64,000 bases of DNA from Auanema rhodensis (lineage: Eukaryota > Animalia > Nematoda), in contig OZ059898.1 of assembly GCA_964057225.1 (NCBI GenBank), positions 8,246,001 to 8,310,000 of the forward strand, in the 5' to 3' direction. A program made the translations under genes and the position numbers. Within the stretch, counting starts at the first letter, position 1, and every line of letters starts with the position of its first letter. Below, piece by piece: positions 37,601 through 52,700 of this stretch. The notes beneath the pieces were generated by a model. It searched no databases. It saw nothing but the letters and a program-made list of their open reading frames with translations, and was not told the origin of the DNA.

Positions 37601-40600
37601 ATATTTATATATTATATAAATATAAAATTGAATGTTATTTTCTTCGTCCCCTTCCAAGGTCCATCAACTGGAACGCTTTGACGTGCTCATATTTGATTCT
37701 TTCCCATAGGCTTCATCACTTTCTCTTTTCATTTTCCTCTTCACCATCATATTCTGATTTTCTATCTCTCGCTTTGCATTCTCTTAGTTATGCCTGTCGT
37801 TTATTTGCTTTTCATTCCTTTTATGTCACCCACACCTTCATCTTCCTTCCTTCTATCTATTTTCTCCTTTTCTACGTAGGTTTGTAGACCTCGTCATCGT
37901 CTCGTTTTCATCATCAAACAAATCGTAGTCAAAACTTCAGTTTCTCCAAAATCATGTCCCTCTTCTCTATTCCTTTTTCTCTCTTAGGTTCTTAATTTCT
38001 TTTTTTTATTTCCCTCCTCTCTCTCTGTCTATCTCTCTCCTTTTTTCTTATTCTCATTCTTCTGCTTCATTTTTTTTTCAAATTTACACATATGTGTCTC
38101 CACATTTGATTCATTAAATCACTATCAAAACTCTTGAAAACCATAGATTGTTTAGATCATCGTAATCTTAACATTCCTATCCATTATTCTTATTTCTTAT
38201 ACCATATTTCATTTGTGTTCAGATGATGTTGATCTAAAGTTTGTTGACCATAAACAACACAAGCTTGTACGCATACATGCATTTGCTATTCCTCCATATC
38301 GTCATAACCTTCATCATCCACAATATGGTTTCCTTTTCAAATCTTAATTTTTCTTTTCTTCTTCATGTTTTTCACAATTTTAATTGAATATATGCTATTT
38401 CTATTCATACTATTCAAACAACTATTATATACTTTATACATCTAGTTAGATTGAAATCCTGATGAGAATAGCCGTACAACATCCAACAACTACATTCAAT
38501 AGAGAGAAAAGAAATTCTCTCTCTTCCTCTCTTTCTCTCTCTCTCTCTCTCACTCTCTCTTATCCATATTTTTCTTTTTTTTCTACTCGATCATCACCCT
38601 TCTTTTCTCCGTATTTGGTCCTTAATTCTATTATCGTGAGTAAAGCTAAATCCGATTCGAATGCCATCGCCAAAATTACCCAACTGTCCTCTCCGGCATT
38701 GCTCTCATCCTTCTCGTTATTATATCTGATAGTTCATCTGAATTTTTTCTATATAGTCATCATTTAGCTTAATATTATAAAATATTTTATATTTTCATTG
38801 GCGTGTTTATGTGTTAGGAAGACTAAATCATTAACTTTGACCTTCATTCAATTTGCAATTTACCTTAACGACTTGATCATACCACTAATTGGTCAAAATC
38901 TATAAAAGTTTTTTTGGCTCGCTGCCAGAAACTCAAGCTCACTTTCGAAAAGTATCGTTTCAGTTGAAATTGTCAATTTTTGACAATGACAACGTCTTTG
39001 ATGATTCTAAATATATTTCATTGAATTCGCATAAAAACCGAAGACGATCTCTTCACGGATCATTGCGTATCTGAAATGTTCTGACATCTGGTTATAATAC
39101 TTCCATTTATGCAGTATTATCGGAATTCAGATACTATGTAGTAGATGATGTTGTCGTCTCTTTGCTATCATCATTTTTGCTTGTCCAATCAGCTTCCCTT
39201 CCACCATATTGAGCGTGAATTATCAATTGAATATGCATATAGTATTCCATCGATTATTCTTCTTTTTTTTCAAATTTTGCTTCCTATCTTGTATCTCATT
39301 GACGTTTTTCATTTTATTTTAGATTCTCACATAGATTTCCCAAAATATTAGCTTATATCCAGTACTTTCAGTCAATCATTATTATCTTCTTCTTTGTGTT
39401 TTTTTTCTAAAATTCTACTGTGTGAGTCAATCGGCCAATTGACAGTGTATATCGTCTTTCGGCCTTACAATCTCATTAAACTTTCCCTTTTTATTATTCG
39501 TCTTTTTCATTCTAATTAATACAAAAAATGAACATATTCTTCATCTTCACCTATACATCACACCTAGTCATCCGATTACAGACTGTATATCCTTATAGCC
39601 TGTATGACATTACTCTTCTATCAATATTTCTATCTAAACTTTTTAAATGTTTTATTGAAAACAATGGTTATTGACTTCATCGGTATCTTTATACGAACAC
39701 TTAGATTGTATATAATTCAAGTTACCTCCTTAAGGGAAGCTCATAAAACATGGCGATTTTCAGAATAGTTAAGGTTGCTGAACATTAACGCCCACTTGAG
39801 AAAACTTCAAATGGCTTCGTCCTTTCATCCACTTCTCCACCGCCTTGCTCTATAATTTTTCTTTCATTCTCAGCTATTGTTTTCTTGATTTTTATACAAA
39901 CCTATTAAGCAAATTAAATGGAGAATGAGGATTCCGAGAATTGAAAAAATGAAATTGAAAGTGTAAATTCGTGAGTTGACGTAGTTGGTAAAAGCAAGGA
40001 AAGACAACAGACATAGAAGGAACAGATTTGAAAAAGCAAAAAAAGCTCTCGAGTGCCAAAAAGAGCTCTGATTGTTCGATTCTGCATCTCTTGAAAAGTT
40101 GTCCCAGTGAATATACTCTATTGCTTAGCCCAACTCAAGTACTTCATTCTTAAGAATTAAAGAATTCTTATACATACATACATATGCTCAGAGAGAGGGA
40201 GAGAGAGAGAGAGAGTTATGGACTCACACTAACCATGGCCTCACAATATATTTAGTTTGCCTTTTCTTGTTAGCTTCCTTGATTCAGTATGATTCAGCTT
40301 TGATTTTTAAGCTTGTTGTTCTCAAAACTCATGATTTTTGGTCTTGTCCAATGATCTAACAGAACAGCTTAGTTCCTTTTGACTTGTGTGGTGTTGTCCG
40401 AATTTCATAATTCACAAGAAACGATAGTTTTTTTCATTAGCAGTTTCTTTCTTGGTTCGTTTGATTGCAACGAACTTAACTGCTAATTGTTGTAATCCGA
40501 ATATATTGGTAAAAAAGACAAAGAAACAGAAAAAAATTTGACTTTAAGGGAATGCTTTTTGATGAGGATATAGCAACATGGTCATGCTGCTCATTTTCTC

Positions 40601-43600
40601 TCAGTTAGCTTTCCATTAAACTAGTATTTTTCTTTTCTGCCTTTCAGCTTCTGTGTGTTTCATGTTCTTCCTCCAACTCTTTTTCTATCTCTTTCCCCTC
40701 TCTCGCAAGAAAAGCAAAGCTCAAACAAGCTTTCGTTCTATCTCTCCGTTTTCGGCAAAAGGACAGAGAAATTTTGTCTCTAGTAAGACTCTTTTTTCTT
40801 TTCTCATTCCAGATATCTACATATTCATATTCAATTTTGGATTTTATAAAACTGTTCTCTCAATTATCTTGAAAACTGAATATTTTTCCTTAATTTAGGA
40901 TCATCTAAACACAATTCATACCTTTCCTTTTTATTTATTTATTTGATTGTGTCTACGTATATACCAGAATTCTTCCGATTCTGCCGGCTTGTTCAACATA
41001 TAATTCAGAAAAATCTTTTTGAAAATTCCGTTGCGCAACATTGATTGCGTAATTGCCGTAGGCAATTTGTTGTCCAAATTCATACAGCAGCCGGAAGTAT
41101 AACCAAATCTCACATAAGCAGCGCATTATTTTGAACTAAAAAATTCTCTATGTGCGCATATGTATCTGGTTATACTTACAATACTACATTAATATTTCAA
41201 CTTACAAGCCTTATCCAGCTTAACAGCATCTTTTAAACTTTTCTTTTCTTCGGACGTGCTCTTCATCTTTGTCTTCGTTTACCAGCGTTTATTGTTGTTG
41301 TCAGCAAACACATACACAGAACAATGAGCCATTCCGATGAATGGCCCTGTTAGATGTTAGATAGAGAGTTTTCATTGGCAAGCCTCCAAAAGTGCCTAAG
41401 GGCCATGTGGCACTTTGGTTCATCTTCCTCTTCTTCACTATTCTCCTCTCCCTCTCTCCATTCATTCTGTCTCTCTCATCTCCATATATTCTATCTGCAT
41501 ATCTCTAGCATAAAGCAAGCCATAGAAATAGAATGTCAGTTGGCTGAATTTGTTTAAAACATCACGTTCTTAAGTCTGTTCATATATCTCTGCTTCTGTT
41601 TCTTCTTTCTCTCTCATTATCATTATCTCTTCCCATATCTTCCTTTTACCCTTTACTCTTCGTTTCTATTTATCCTTTTTACAATTCACCTGATTCTTTT
41701 CATCAAATAAATTTCTTTTTTTCTTTTTTTCCTTTTTTTTAAATTCAATTTTCATCCACAGACTATGATTATTCTACTATTCTATATTAACTACACTGAT
41801 TACCTTTGTAATTTACCTTGTTCAAGGACATATTCATTGAATTCCACCATATTTGTTGGAAATTTTTTTAAGTATCAAATCTCAGATATATGTATTCCAT
41901 TTCGTTCTTGTGTCCACTTATTGAATCTTGTCTCTGCTTTCATCTTATAAGTCTTCCGTCTTTTTCATTTTCTTCTGTCACTTACAGCATTTGAATTTAC
42001 TACATGGAAGTCATAGCTTAGAAATAGAAAAATAAATAGCCGGGTCTTATGAAGATATTCATTTTCCTTCAATATATTCACATACATGATAGAAATTGGA
42101 AAAAGAGTTACAGAGAGAAAGAGAGGGAGAAACCTTTGAAGTGGGAGAAACACCCATGTCCTTTTTTTGTATTTTGGCCATATCCAGACTGAGTAGCTTG
42201 TTCTTCTCCCTATTTTGTCACGTTGTTCCTATTCCTACTGACTGTTTGTTCTTCGGATTTAAACACATTTTATATAACATATGGAAGTATATAATGCAAA
42301 TGTCATGAATCTAACCCTCTTTAACTTTTCCCTTTCTCTCTCTCCCTCTTTTCTCTCTCTCTCTCCTTAGTTCTTTAAGTTACTGTAAAGAAAAGAAAAA
42401 GTAAACGGATTAGGACTCTCTTAGTTGAACAGTATGTCCCCGTTCACTCTTGAAAAACCTCGACCTTTTTAGATTCCGGCTTGTATGTTATACCGGATCA
42501 GTCATCTGTTTGTCTCTCAAGTGTCGGCTATATATTCGTTTTTCGTTATTTCATGTTAACAAGAATATTTTTTTTAAATATTGAATAATATCAAAACATT
42601 CCACTTTCTTACCTAAGAATTCTTTTTACGAAAATATTATTTCAATTCTCATCTTCCACTTTTCTTTAGTAGAATTTGATTTTTTTCAATCAAATTCATA
42701 TATATTTCATAATAAATATAATAAAAGTTATGCTGGTTTTTCTACTTAGAAACCAAGATGGGTAAGCATAGAAGTTAAGTCTTCCAGCTTCGTGCCCTAG
42801 CTCAATCTCACTCTGATTGACATTCAGCCTTGTATGGACTTTCTTGACTCCAGTAGCCAACAAGCTAACCGACGAACCAGACAGCCTATGAAGACAAGTA
42901 ACGAACATTCCATCAACTTGACTTCTTTTTTCAATTTTTTTCATCTTATAGCGACATTTCATTTACTGATGTAATAATTAACAAAAAAAATAATGAATCA
43001 TCAGTTCTATGTGGTAATTTGTTTTTTTTTCTTTTAGTTCTTTTCAAATTCTGGTTGAATGATGACAAAGTTCTTTCACATATTCACCAATTGGCTTAGC
43101 ATCCTGCTCTTGCTTTTCCTATTTCGTCATCATTTAGTCATTTTGCCTTTTATTTATATTCTTATTTAACCAACTATATCAAAATATTCATATTCAAATT
43201 TATTTTTTAACTAATTCAGTCATCTGCTAATTTTTGATCTTTTCTATTGTTTTTCCATCACACATGTCCATCCATGGGCAAAAGAAATCCGATCTAACAG
43301 ATGCTCCTTAGCTCTTTAGCACATACAATACAACTAAATCTCTTCATCCGGCTATATTTTAAATATATTTTATTTAATAATTATAATATTATTAATATAA
43401 GTTATGTCGTTTCTCTACTTCTGCCATCCTTTTGCTAGTCTTCTGATGAAGTTCGCAAGCATATGTTGAGTTAAATCAGACGACCAAAAGTTGATTGATG
43501 AACCTTTGACACGATTATTGCATCGTCAGTTTGTCTTTTTACGGCTTTTTTGCCGATCACCTACTCTTTCTTGCTTTCGACACGTTATTATAGTTTTTTC

Positions 43601-46600
43601 TTCATTAATATTCTGCTTTTACCTTTTTTTTTATTTTTTTTGATCTAATAAGTTTCCATTCACTTCCTTCTTAAAAGTCTCGTTGTTATAATTTTCCACT
43701 AATCGAATATTTTTGCTAATTATATATTATAGATGAGCAATATTTCTTCTTCTATTATCCTCACTTGAAGTTTTTTCAGTACATAGAAATACTATATCCC
43801 TTTCTCTCTCTCTCTCTTTCTTGTAGCTTTGCTATTTTCTATATTCTCACTTCCCTGTATGTTTCTTCTCTCAATCTCTTCGTTTTGCTTGTTCTTTAAA
43901 GCTTCAAACATGATCAAACCGGTTTTTCACATTCTTCACTATCTCCCTCTTCTACCAAAACCCCACCCATCTCTTTTGATAGTTTGTCTGTACCCTCTAA
44001 ACGTTTTCTTAATAGATATTTGAATTTTCTTCTTTCATACTTTTTTCTTTGATGGTGGGAAAGCAAAGAAACTGAGCCCGGTAGCGGTCTTTTAGCCAAT
44101 GTTATCTTTCTCTCCCTCTTTCTTTCTTTCAATCTGTGTATTGTATACGAATATTTCTCTCTATTTCCACCTTTCACTCTCTCAGACTTCTCTCAAAAGG
44201 ACGTATACTACAAGACGACTTTTGTTGTTCCAAATTCACAGCCTTGCCCTTTATCCAAAACCTTCTTTATCATCCATTTCATAATGATTTTCCATCATTT
44301 TCATCACATTTTTCCAGTTTTTTCTGCAACCGAAAACCAAAATTTTTTTGTCCGCCAGTAACTGACCAGCTTCAGACCCTCTTACAATCCATCTCCTCCT
44401 TCAAAATTTTATCTTTTTCTCTTGTTCGGTCTTCATCCAGCTCTTCCAGTCCTTATTTTTCTATTTCTTATCACAATCTCATATCATCTATTTCTAATTT
44501 TTATTCTCATTTTGTGATCAACATAGCCCACTTCATTGTGAGTCTGTTGATCTCGCATTTCTGGATTTTATTTGATTGCCATTTGTGCATTTTTATTTTT
44601 TCAAAAAACAACAAAGATAACACAATTTTCGAAATTATTTAATTAAATATACATATATTTCCAATTATTTATTTAATTAAACAAATTTTTTTTCTTACTT
44701 CATTTAAATAAAAAGAAAACATTTGCTTTATATTCTATTTCTGTAATCATCATCATTTAAACATTTTTATCTTATCTTTTTCATTTTTTAATATTTTTTC
44801 TTTAAATGGAAAACTCTTAACAAATGCATTCCTGTCAAGCAAATCACTCAATTCATTGTTCATATCATTGACATTATTTTGAATTCAACCGTTCCTTTGT
44901 ATTAAAAACCTATCAATGAACACAAACTCTCACGTGCAAATTGACGTGAAACATCAAATCAATTTGATAAACACGTGAACATATCATATGAATATTCTTC
45001 TTTTTTAATTTTTTTTTATATTTAAAATAAAATCTAATTTTAATTTTTTAAATAGTTTATATACTGTATATTATAATTATTGATTTATAAAATAATATAA
45101 TTATTTTTATTATATCAATAGCTTATCAGCAATATATGTATATGTTTTTTGTTTGAAAAAAGCAAAGAACTGAACATGAAAACAACTAATAAGTATGTTG
45201 TTTTCAATTTAGTTTTTATAATTTTCTTTTCATTAACTTTTGATTTTCTTCAAATATTTTGTAATTTAATTTTCATTTTTCAAATATTTGTGAGAATCAT
45301 CATTCATTTTTACCTAGCTATTTTATAATTGACGTAATATGATGATGATGATGATGAACTGTCATTGAGACAAGCATGTTGTAGAAATCTAATATTCCTA
45401 TAGCACGAAAGGTATTGATACCATCTGTGACGATGTTACATTTCATTATTACATAATACATAGTCTATTGATATATTTAATAGAATATTTTTATAATTAT
45501 TCTTTTTTTTTGGTTAATTTTTATATCAAATATGTATATTAATAGATTATATGCTATATCTTCCGAGTTAACTATCTCATGATCATTCAGCATTCAATAT
45601 TTATTTTTTTTATTAAAAAAATAGATTTTATATAATTCTTTTAATAATTTTATGAATGATCTCTTAAATGAAGACAACTGTTATTGCATTGTTGTTGCAA
45701 CTGAAGTATAGATACACTAGTCACCCTAACGCATCATCATCATCACTGTCATCTGATTATGCCATCGTCGTCATTTCCACACATAATTGGTCCATATTTG
45801 GATTTGTAATTGGTTATATTATAAATGTCTGTGATCATCATAATCATAAATGTAAAAGAAAAATAGAAGATGAACGGCAAGAGAAATGAGAGAAATAGAA
45901 ACATGAGCATGACTAGGCTATGATAGATGGGGAGGATGAGAAACAGAGTATCCATGATATGTGTCTATGAAGAGAAGGCTATGATGCAATGAATGGTCGA
46001 TGATGTTGTGGATGTGGTTTGGCGCGGATTCGCATAGTTACAGCCATGTTCATGCCATTCTTACCAGCTGCGCGATCGTCTGTTAGGCATTACCTCATCT
46101 ACAAATCACACATCCCTCTCTGATTCTTACTCTCTACCTCTTGATCGTTCCTTTCTTTTTTTCTCTCTCTCTGTCTCGCTTTGATATGTTGTAGTTTTTA
46201 CCTTCGTTGTATGATGAACTCTCCTACATGCACGATTTGAAATTTCAAATTTGCATTAAACCTTTGGCTCGTTGTTCATGCTAATAGTTGTTACCATTCC
46301 TTCTTCTTGTTTCATATATGTATGTATATACATGTTTCCACTACATGTATATAAACAATTAGAAATTTTGTAAATTCAATCTATTCAAAGAAATATATTT
46401 AACTATATGTAATATCTATTTAACATGTTAAATCTATATTATAATAGGTTAGGATTCATGCAAATGTATTCTTTCAATCATTACTATTTGCTCAAATTTC
46501 ATCTGAATCAATCAAAAGTATTTGCTTCATTTTCATTATAATCATATAATATGTATTATATATGTATATATCAATGATACACACATACATACAGATGTAT

Positions 46601-47380
46601 ACATATATATGTATATAACTATATTTATATGATTATTAACTATATTATATAGTTAATTATACTATAATATTCTCAACAGATCTTATTTTATATTTTAATG
46701 TTCCTCCAATATATATATTTCTTTCAAAGTTTTAGTATTCTTTTATAGTTTAGATGTTCGTTCGATGACATTCTCCTCTTGAAACTCTTTTCCTTTAATT
46801 ACACATAGTTATGAAATCTATCTATTTATACATATAATATTATGTTTTACGTATTCAATAATATTCTAAACGTGCAGAATATTGTTTCGAGAGTTACGAC
46901 ATGATCCGATCATGCTATGAGATGTTGATCAAGCTCGAGGCGTTACGCAACGGTTACTTGAAAACATTGAATCAAAATGCGATAGAGATGCGGATGATGT
47001 GTTACAGACTTGGGACACGGGAGAGAACGAAAGACTAAATTTGAGAGAAATTTCATCTAAAAGCTTCTGGCTGACAAAGCCTTGTATGAGTTGTCTCTCG
47101 GTCTCCCCGTTTTCTCTCATTGGCTTTACTGTTCCTTCCAACCTAATCATCTTTTCTTTATTGACCTTTGACGATACGTCGTCGTGTGCTTGTACGTATT
47201 AGGTGGTTGATGCTGAAGCTTCTGTGTATTGTACTTGGCTATCGACTCACAATTTCAATTTCACCTTCGTTTATTCATCTATATTAGCCTATCGGTTTCC
47301 TTCCTTTGTTATATACAGATACATACAAATGTGTGTATAATCGTCTTCCATTATGAACATCTTTAACAGAGTTTTCTCTC

Positions 47381-47438
<58 letters not shown>

Positions 47439-49645
47439 TTTTTCTGTCTTTCCATCTTTCTAACTTTTGAATTTGAATTTGAATCTGAACTGAAGCTAAT
47501 AACATCTTGAGGGGATAGAAAATTAAATTCATTTTTTTCAAAAATAAAAGAAAAAAATCTTTTATTCTAGTATATCAATTCCAATTCTGCATGTTAATAC
47601 TTTATAACATATTTAAATATTCTTTTCCTTTTATTTTTATTTTTTTTTACACTTTGCTATAGTGTTCAAATAAATTTAAATTTCAATCAAATGACCATAA
47701 ATCTTGTGTAGTCATTATCAATGAATTTTATTGTACATACATCAATTTAATTCTTTCTCATCCAAAATATCTTAAAGAATTTCTTTTATTTCTGATAATT
47801 TCGTTAAGAAAATTATTTTATTTTTGAAATTCTTATATTAATTATAATAAAAAGAATTATTATATACATTTATTGATTTAATTCTTATAGTTTCTCTTTA
47901 TTTATTGTTTTAAACAGCTGATCTAATGAACAAGCTTTGTGAATATATATATATATATTCTTCTGTTCGTTTGCATATGTTCTCTCTAATACATGAAATT
48001 ACCGCATATTACACTATGTATTTGTCCTGAGTGAACTTAGAGCATTTATTCCAACTTATTCTTATATACTCATATACTTATGTCATGTCATGTCATCCTG
48101 TTTTTTGTTCCTATTTCGAAGACATTGATCACATAAGTTTGAATCTAAATTTTCATTTTTTCTCCATCACCCTTCTGGACAGCTTCATCATCATTTTTCT
48201 CGTTTGCCTTCATTCGAAATGTCCACTAAGCAAACGATTGTGTGAGAGGTCATGAAGCCTCAGGCCTTTTGTGCCGACTTTCTTCTAGAGAGTAAGACGG
48301 CTGTAGTCCTTCTTTGACAAATCACCGTCCGTCTTACTACTTCAATTCTTCTTATCGAGCCTTTTCTGGTCATTCTGACATATGGATGTCTCTCTTCTGA
48401 TATTGAAATATATGGAAAGTTCCTTTAAAGCCATCACAAAGCTAGCCTTCTGTTCATGATCATCATGACCTTTTGTCTATACTTGATGCAATTTTCTTTA
48501 TATTTTTTCTAAGTAAAACTTAAATAAGATGGAAGTAACATCAATCTACTGAAATTTATTGAAATAATATAAATCAATGAAATAAAAAAAACGAAACAGA
48601 GTTAACTATATGATATACATAATGTATAAATATAATATTCTTTATTTATTTTATATTATTTTACATTCTAATGTAACAAAATCAATTGACTAGTCTTCAC
48701 AATCTATTCTAATATTAGACTTCATTCAACAATAATTCCATATGTTATACTTGTAATCAATCTCATACAACACTTACAACTACATCCTTTCTTTTTTTTT
48801 CTTTTTTTCTCTTAACTCTCCAATATTAGTCTATTATTTCATTAACTATATATGGTTAATAGTTCTTAATACGAAGCATAACCTTGATATAGAGCCTCCT
48901 GTTGTGATATTGCAAGAGCAGTAGTTGAGCAATCTCTTGTCATCCGATATCTCCTTCCTCTTTTCTACTTTTCTTTCAATCTCTCTTACTATTTCTCATA
49001 TAAGTTTTTCAATCTTCTTTTCTTCAATCCATATACGTATGTATTCATTTATTATTTTTTGTTTCTTTTTTTCACTATTTCTCTTTCTTTTCTTAAGTTT
49101 TTCAATTGCAATGTGATCCTTTAGTTCATATATTCATATATACATTCTCTAAGGATATACATACATACATGTAGTAGTTGTTTCTTTCATCTCATCTACT
49201 TCTCCTTTTCCTAAATCAAATTTTAGATGAAAATTCTTTTTTTTTTCTATTAACTTATATTCTTATAATAAATAAAATTCAAATATTTTTATAATAAATG
49301 AAACTAAATACTTAATTTTCTATTTCTTTTAACAGCTTACAGTTTGATTTTATTTTTTTTTCAAATCAAAACTATAAAAACAATAAAACTTAACACGATT
49401 TTGAAACTACATACATACATTCCAATGATGAACATCTGGATTAGTTCAACCAAATTTTTTTTCTCATCATTTCTGTAACTGTTGACACGCCACCAATAAT
49501 TTGCACAGATGTACCAGCTGTATTTTCTCTATTTTTCTCTAATTCTTCACAACTTTTGTTATATTAAACCTTGCACTCTTTCCTATTATCACCTTTTTCT
49601 GTCATCAAATTTCCAAAATTAGTTTTCAAAGTTGCAAATGTATAT

Positions 49646-49702
<57 letters not shown>

Positions 49703-52700
49703 TATCTATCTCTATCTCTATAATCTAGTCATTAATCAGCTAACAAACTAAGGGCAACACACTAACAGAATACTTGAATCTGTTTCCGCTACACCTGCTT
49801 CATATCTTTATAATCATTGATATATAAATATCTATTTAACAATATTTTGTTTTAATTATTAAGAACGAGTTCTATTTTTTTTTAAATCTTATTGATAACT
49901 TATAGTTTTGAGTACAATGTTCTCTAAGTGCATTCATATATTATTCAATTTCCAAACCTTGATATCTCGTGCTGTAATTCAAATGCTTTATACACCTTAT
50001 TCTATTAATACTGTTCATTTTTTAATTTTTCTGCTTCAGATGTCCTCCTCATGTGGTGGTGGAGTTGCATATCCTCCGTCACTCTCCGGACGGCTTTCCG
50101 GCGACGTGATGACCGGACCGAGTTCGTCTTCTTCTGACTCCGCCCATCTGCATCAGGTCAATGTGCGACCCCGCCCTCAGGTTCCACCCAAGCCACCCAT
50201 CGACACAGTCCGATATAGTATGAATAATTTGAAAGGTGGGCCGATTTTTGATCTAATCTATAGGATATATACATAAATATACATTAGTATATCAAGTATA
50301 TAATCTACAAATTATTTTTAATTTCTAATTAAATATCTTTAAAATCAAAATATTTTAAGTTAATTTATATAAAAATTATAATTTACAATCATCTAACAGA
50401 TTATGGTATTTAAATTATTTTTGCTCTTTCTATCTATCTATTTCTATTTCTATCTCTCTCTCTCTCTCTCTCTATTTTGCTCTCTCAACTCGATCATTCT
50501 GTTTATCTATCCATCCACCCCCTCCTTGATATCTCTATTTGATATAAACACTAGAGACGTAATAAGTTCATTTTGCTTTTCCAAAAGATAATTTTGACAT
50601 CAATTTTTTCATTTTATAATCTTTTCCTATTTTCTTTTTTTCTCTTATCAAATAATTCTAATAAAATCAAATAAAGTAGATTATTTCTCTTTTTAGCTAC
50701 TTTACTCCTTTTTTTTCTTTCAAATAATAATTAATTATTCATATAATTTACTTGTTTTGAATTATATTCATGAATTTATTTTGTGAATTGTGTTTCATTC
50801 GAAAACGAATTAGCACGTTTTTCCCAATATTTTTGCCACTTCATTTTCCCCATCCTCACACTCCCTACTCTTCCAATTGAATACAAATTCCGATAACTGA
50901 TTGATTGACTGCTCATTAACACATAGAAATCATAAGCTGTTGTTGCATCAAACCCACGATGTCGTCGCTCTCCTCATCATCATCGCCAACCGCGTCGTCG
51001 TTCATCATTCCGTGTTCCGTATTCTGTCCTTCAAATGTCTTATACTATACGTATAATTAGAAAGCAATGTTTGTTAGCTTGATAATCTGAGTTTAAAATC
51101 AGAAAAGACAATTCTTTTGATTTCATATTCTTCAAACTATATAATATATTTTCAAAATTATCACATTTTCTGCTTGTATACGGCACATCAATATAGCAGC
51201 AGAAGTTAACAACAGCAGTTATGCTAGCAGCATTTCTATTGTAATATATATGTATAGTTATGAGGAGTCACAGTATAGTTAACTAAGTTATGATACCTGT
51301 TCTATGTAGTTCTTCTTTCCTTTATGACAAACCCATATATGATGAATTGCGTTTTACATTACATTGAGTATTGAATGATCAACATCTAAGCTCATACATA
51401 CATTCAAGCTCATCTAAACTTGCATATGATTCTACAAGCTATTCGAACTATCTTCTGTCTAGTCATATATGGTCATCTGGTATCTAGTACATTATATAAA
51501 TAGAAATAGACTATTCTTTCTTTTATTCTTTCAACAGCTTCCCTTTTCTCTCTATTTCTCTTCATTCATTCACACTTACTCACATCATCTCTCTGTATAC
51601 CAATCAACACAGCATAAAGCCTGCTCCAACAGCAGCAAGATCACCCATACACACCAGACTTCTTCATCTCACATCTCTCCTCCTCTCACTTTTACCCACT
51701 TTCTCTTTTTCTTTCATACGCTTCCTTCCCAATGTCTATGTGTTCACAGCTTTCTTCTTGTATTTCTTAACCGTAAATGGAAAAGTTTGGCTTATGTTCA
51801 TCCCTTTGCTAACTCTCAGCGAGTCAACTTTCGCCATTCTCTCTTTATATTGGCCACTTTAGGCCTTCTCTGTATACAAACAATCATATAACCTTATATG
51901 ACCATCGTCACCCATTCCCTCTGTCTCATTCTGATTGATTACCACTCTTTCTCTCCTCATTCTCTTATTTTCTTCTCAGTATCTTATACTGTTACCTTTC
52001 TTTTTCCTGATTTTCTTTCAATCTTCTACCCTACTCCCTTTTTCACAATTTTTTTAACCTTTGAAATCTTTCTCAATTTCCTTTCTTTTTTCCAATCCAA
52101 ACAAATCATCATCCCCTTGCCTTAGTTTTGCCATCTGAGTCAACCTCATACATACGCTTCAACAGCTCTTCTAGCACCTGTTGTGTCCTTTTCCTTCCAT
52201 CACCTATCTATACCATCGTAAAGGTTTTTCATAACATCTATTCTTCTAATTAAAGAAAAAAAACTTTTCAAAAACTTCATTAAACCTTTCCATATAATGA
52301 AATAAATATTTAAATTCTCTATTCATTGATTTTTCTCATATTTTCATATTGTATACCATGTGCTTCAATCGCTTTTCCGTTTCCAAATTTACCATTTCAA
52401 ATATAAATATTTAAGAAATTGATCATCAACTGTATACATAATTCTATAAAACTTAATCGGCTTCATATTGATTGATTGAAAAATCTCATCTGAAAAGAGT
52501 TTGATAAGAATTTTGTATGTCTAAGACAATTTGTTCTGGAAAGGAAATATATATACATATATAAGATAAGGTTAAAAGCAACTGTTCCATATGTTGTCAT
52601 ATCAGAAACACATTGAACAGCGTGGTGAGTTTTGCTAAGCTTTATCATCATTACCACAGTTTTTATCAATCAAAATCATAATCTTATTATCATTTTTCTT

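Noticed and set aside
40060-40090. tRNA T-loop-like GTTCGATTC at ~40074
   Set aside because: No T-stem pairing, no A box and no acceptor stem.
47284-47541. RERERE ORF
   Set aside because: Translation of the (TC)n microsatellite.
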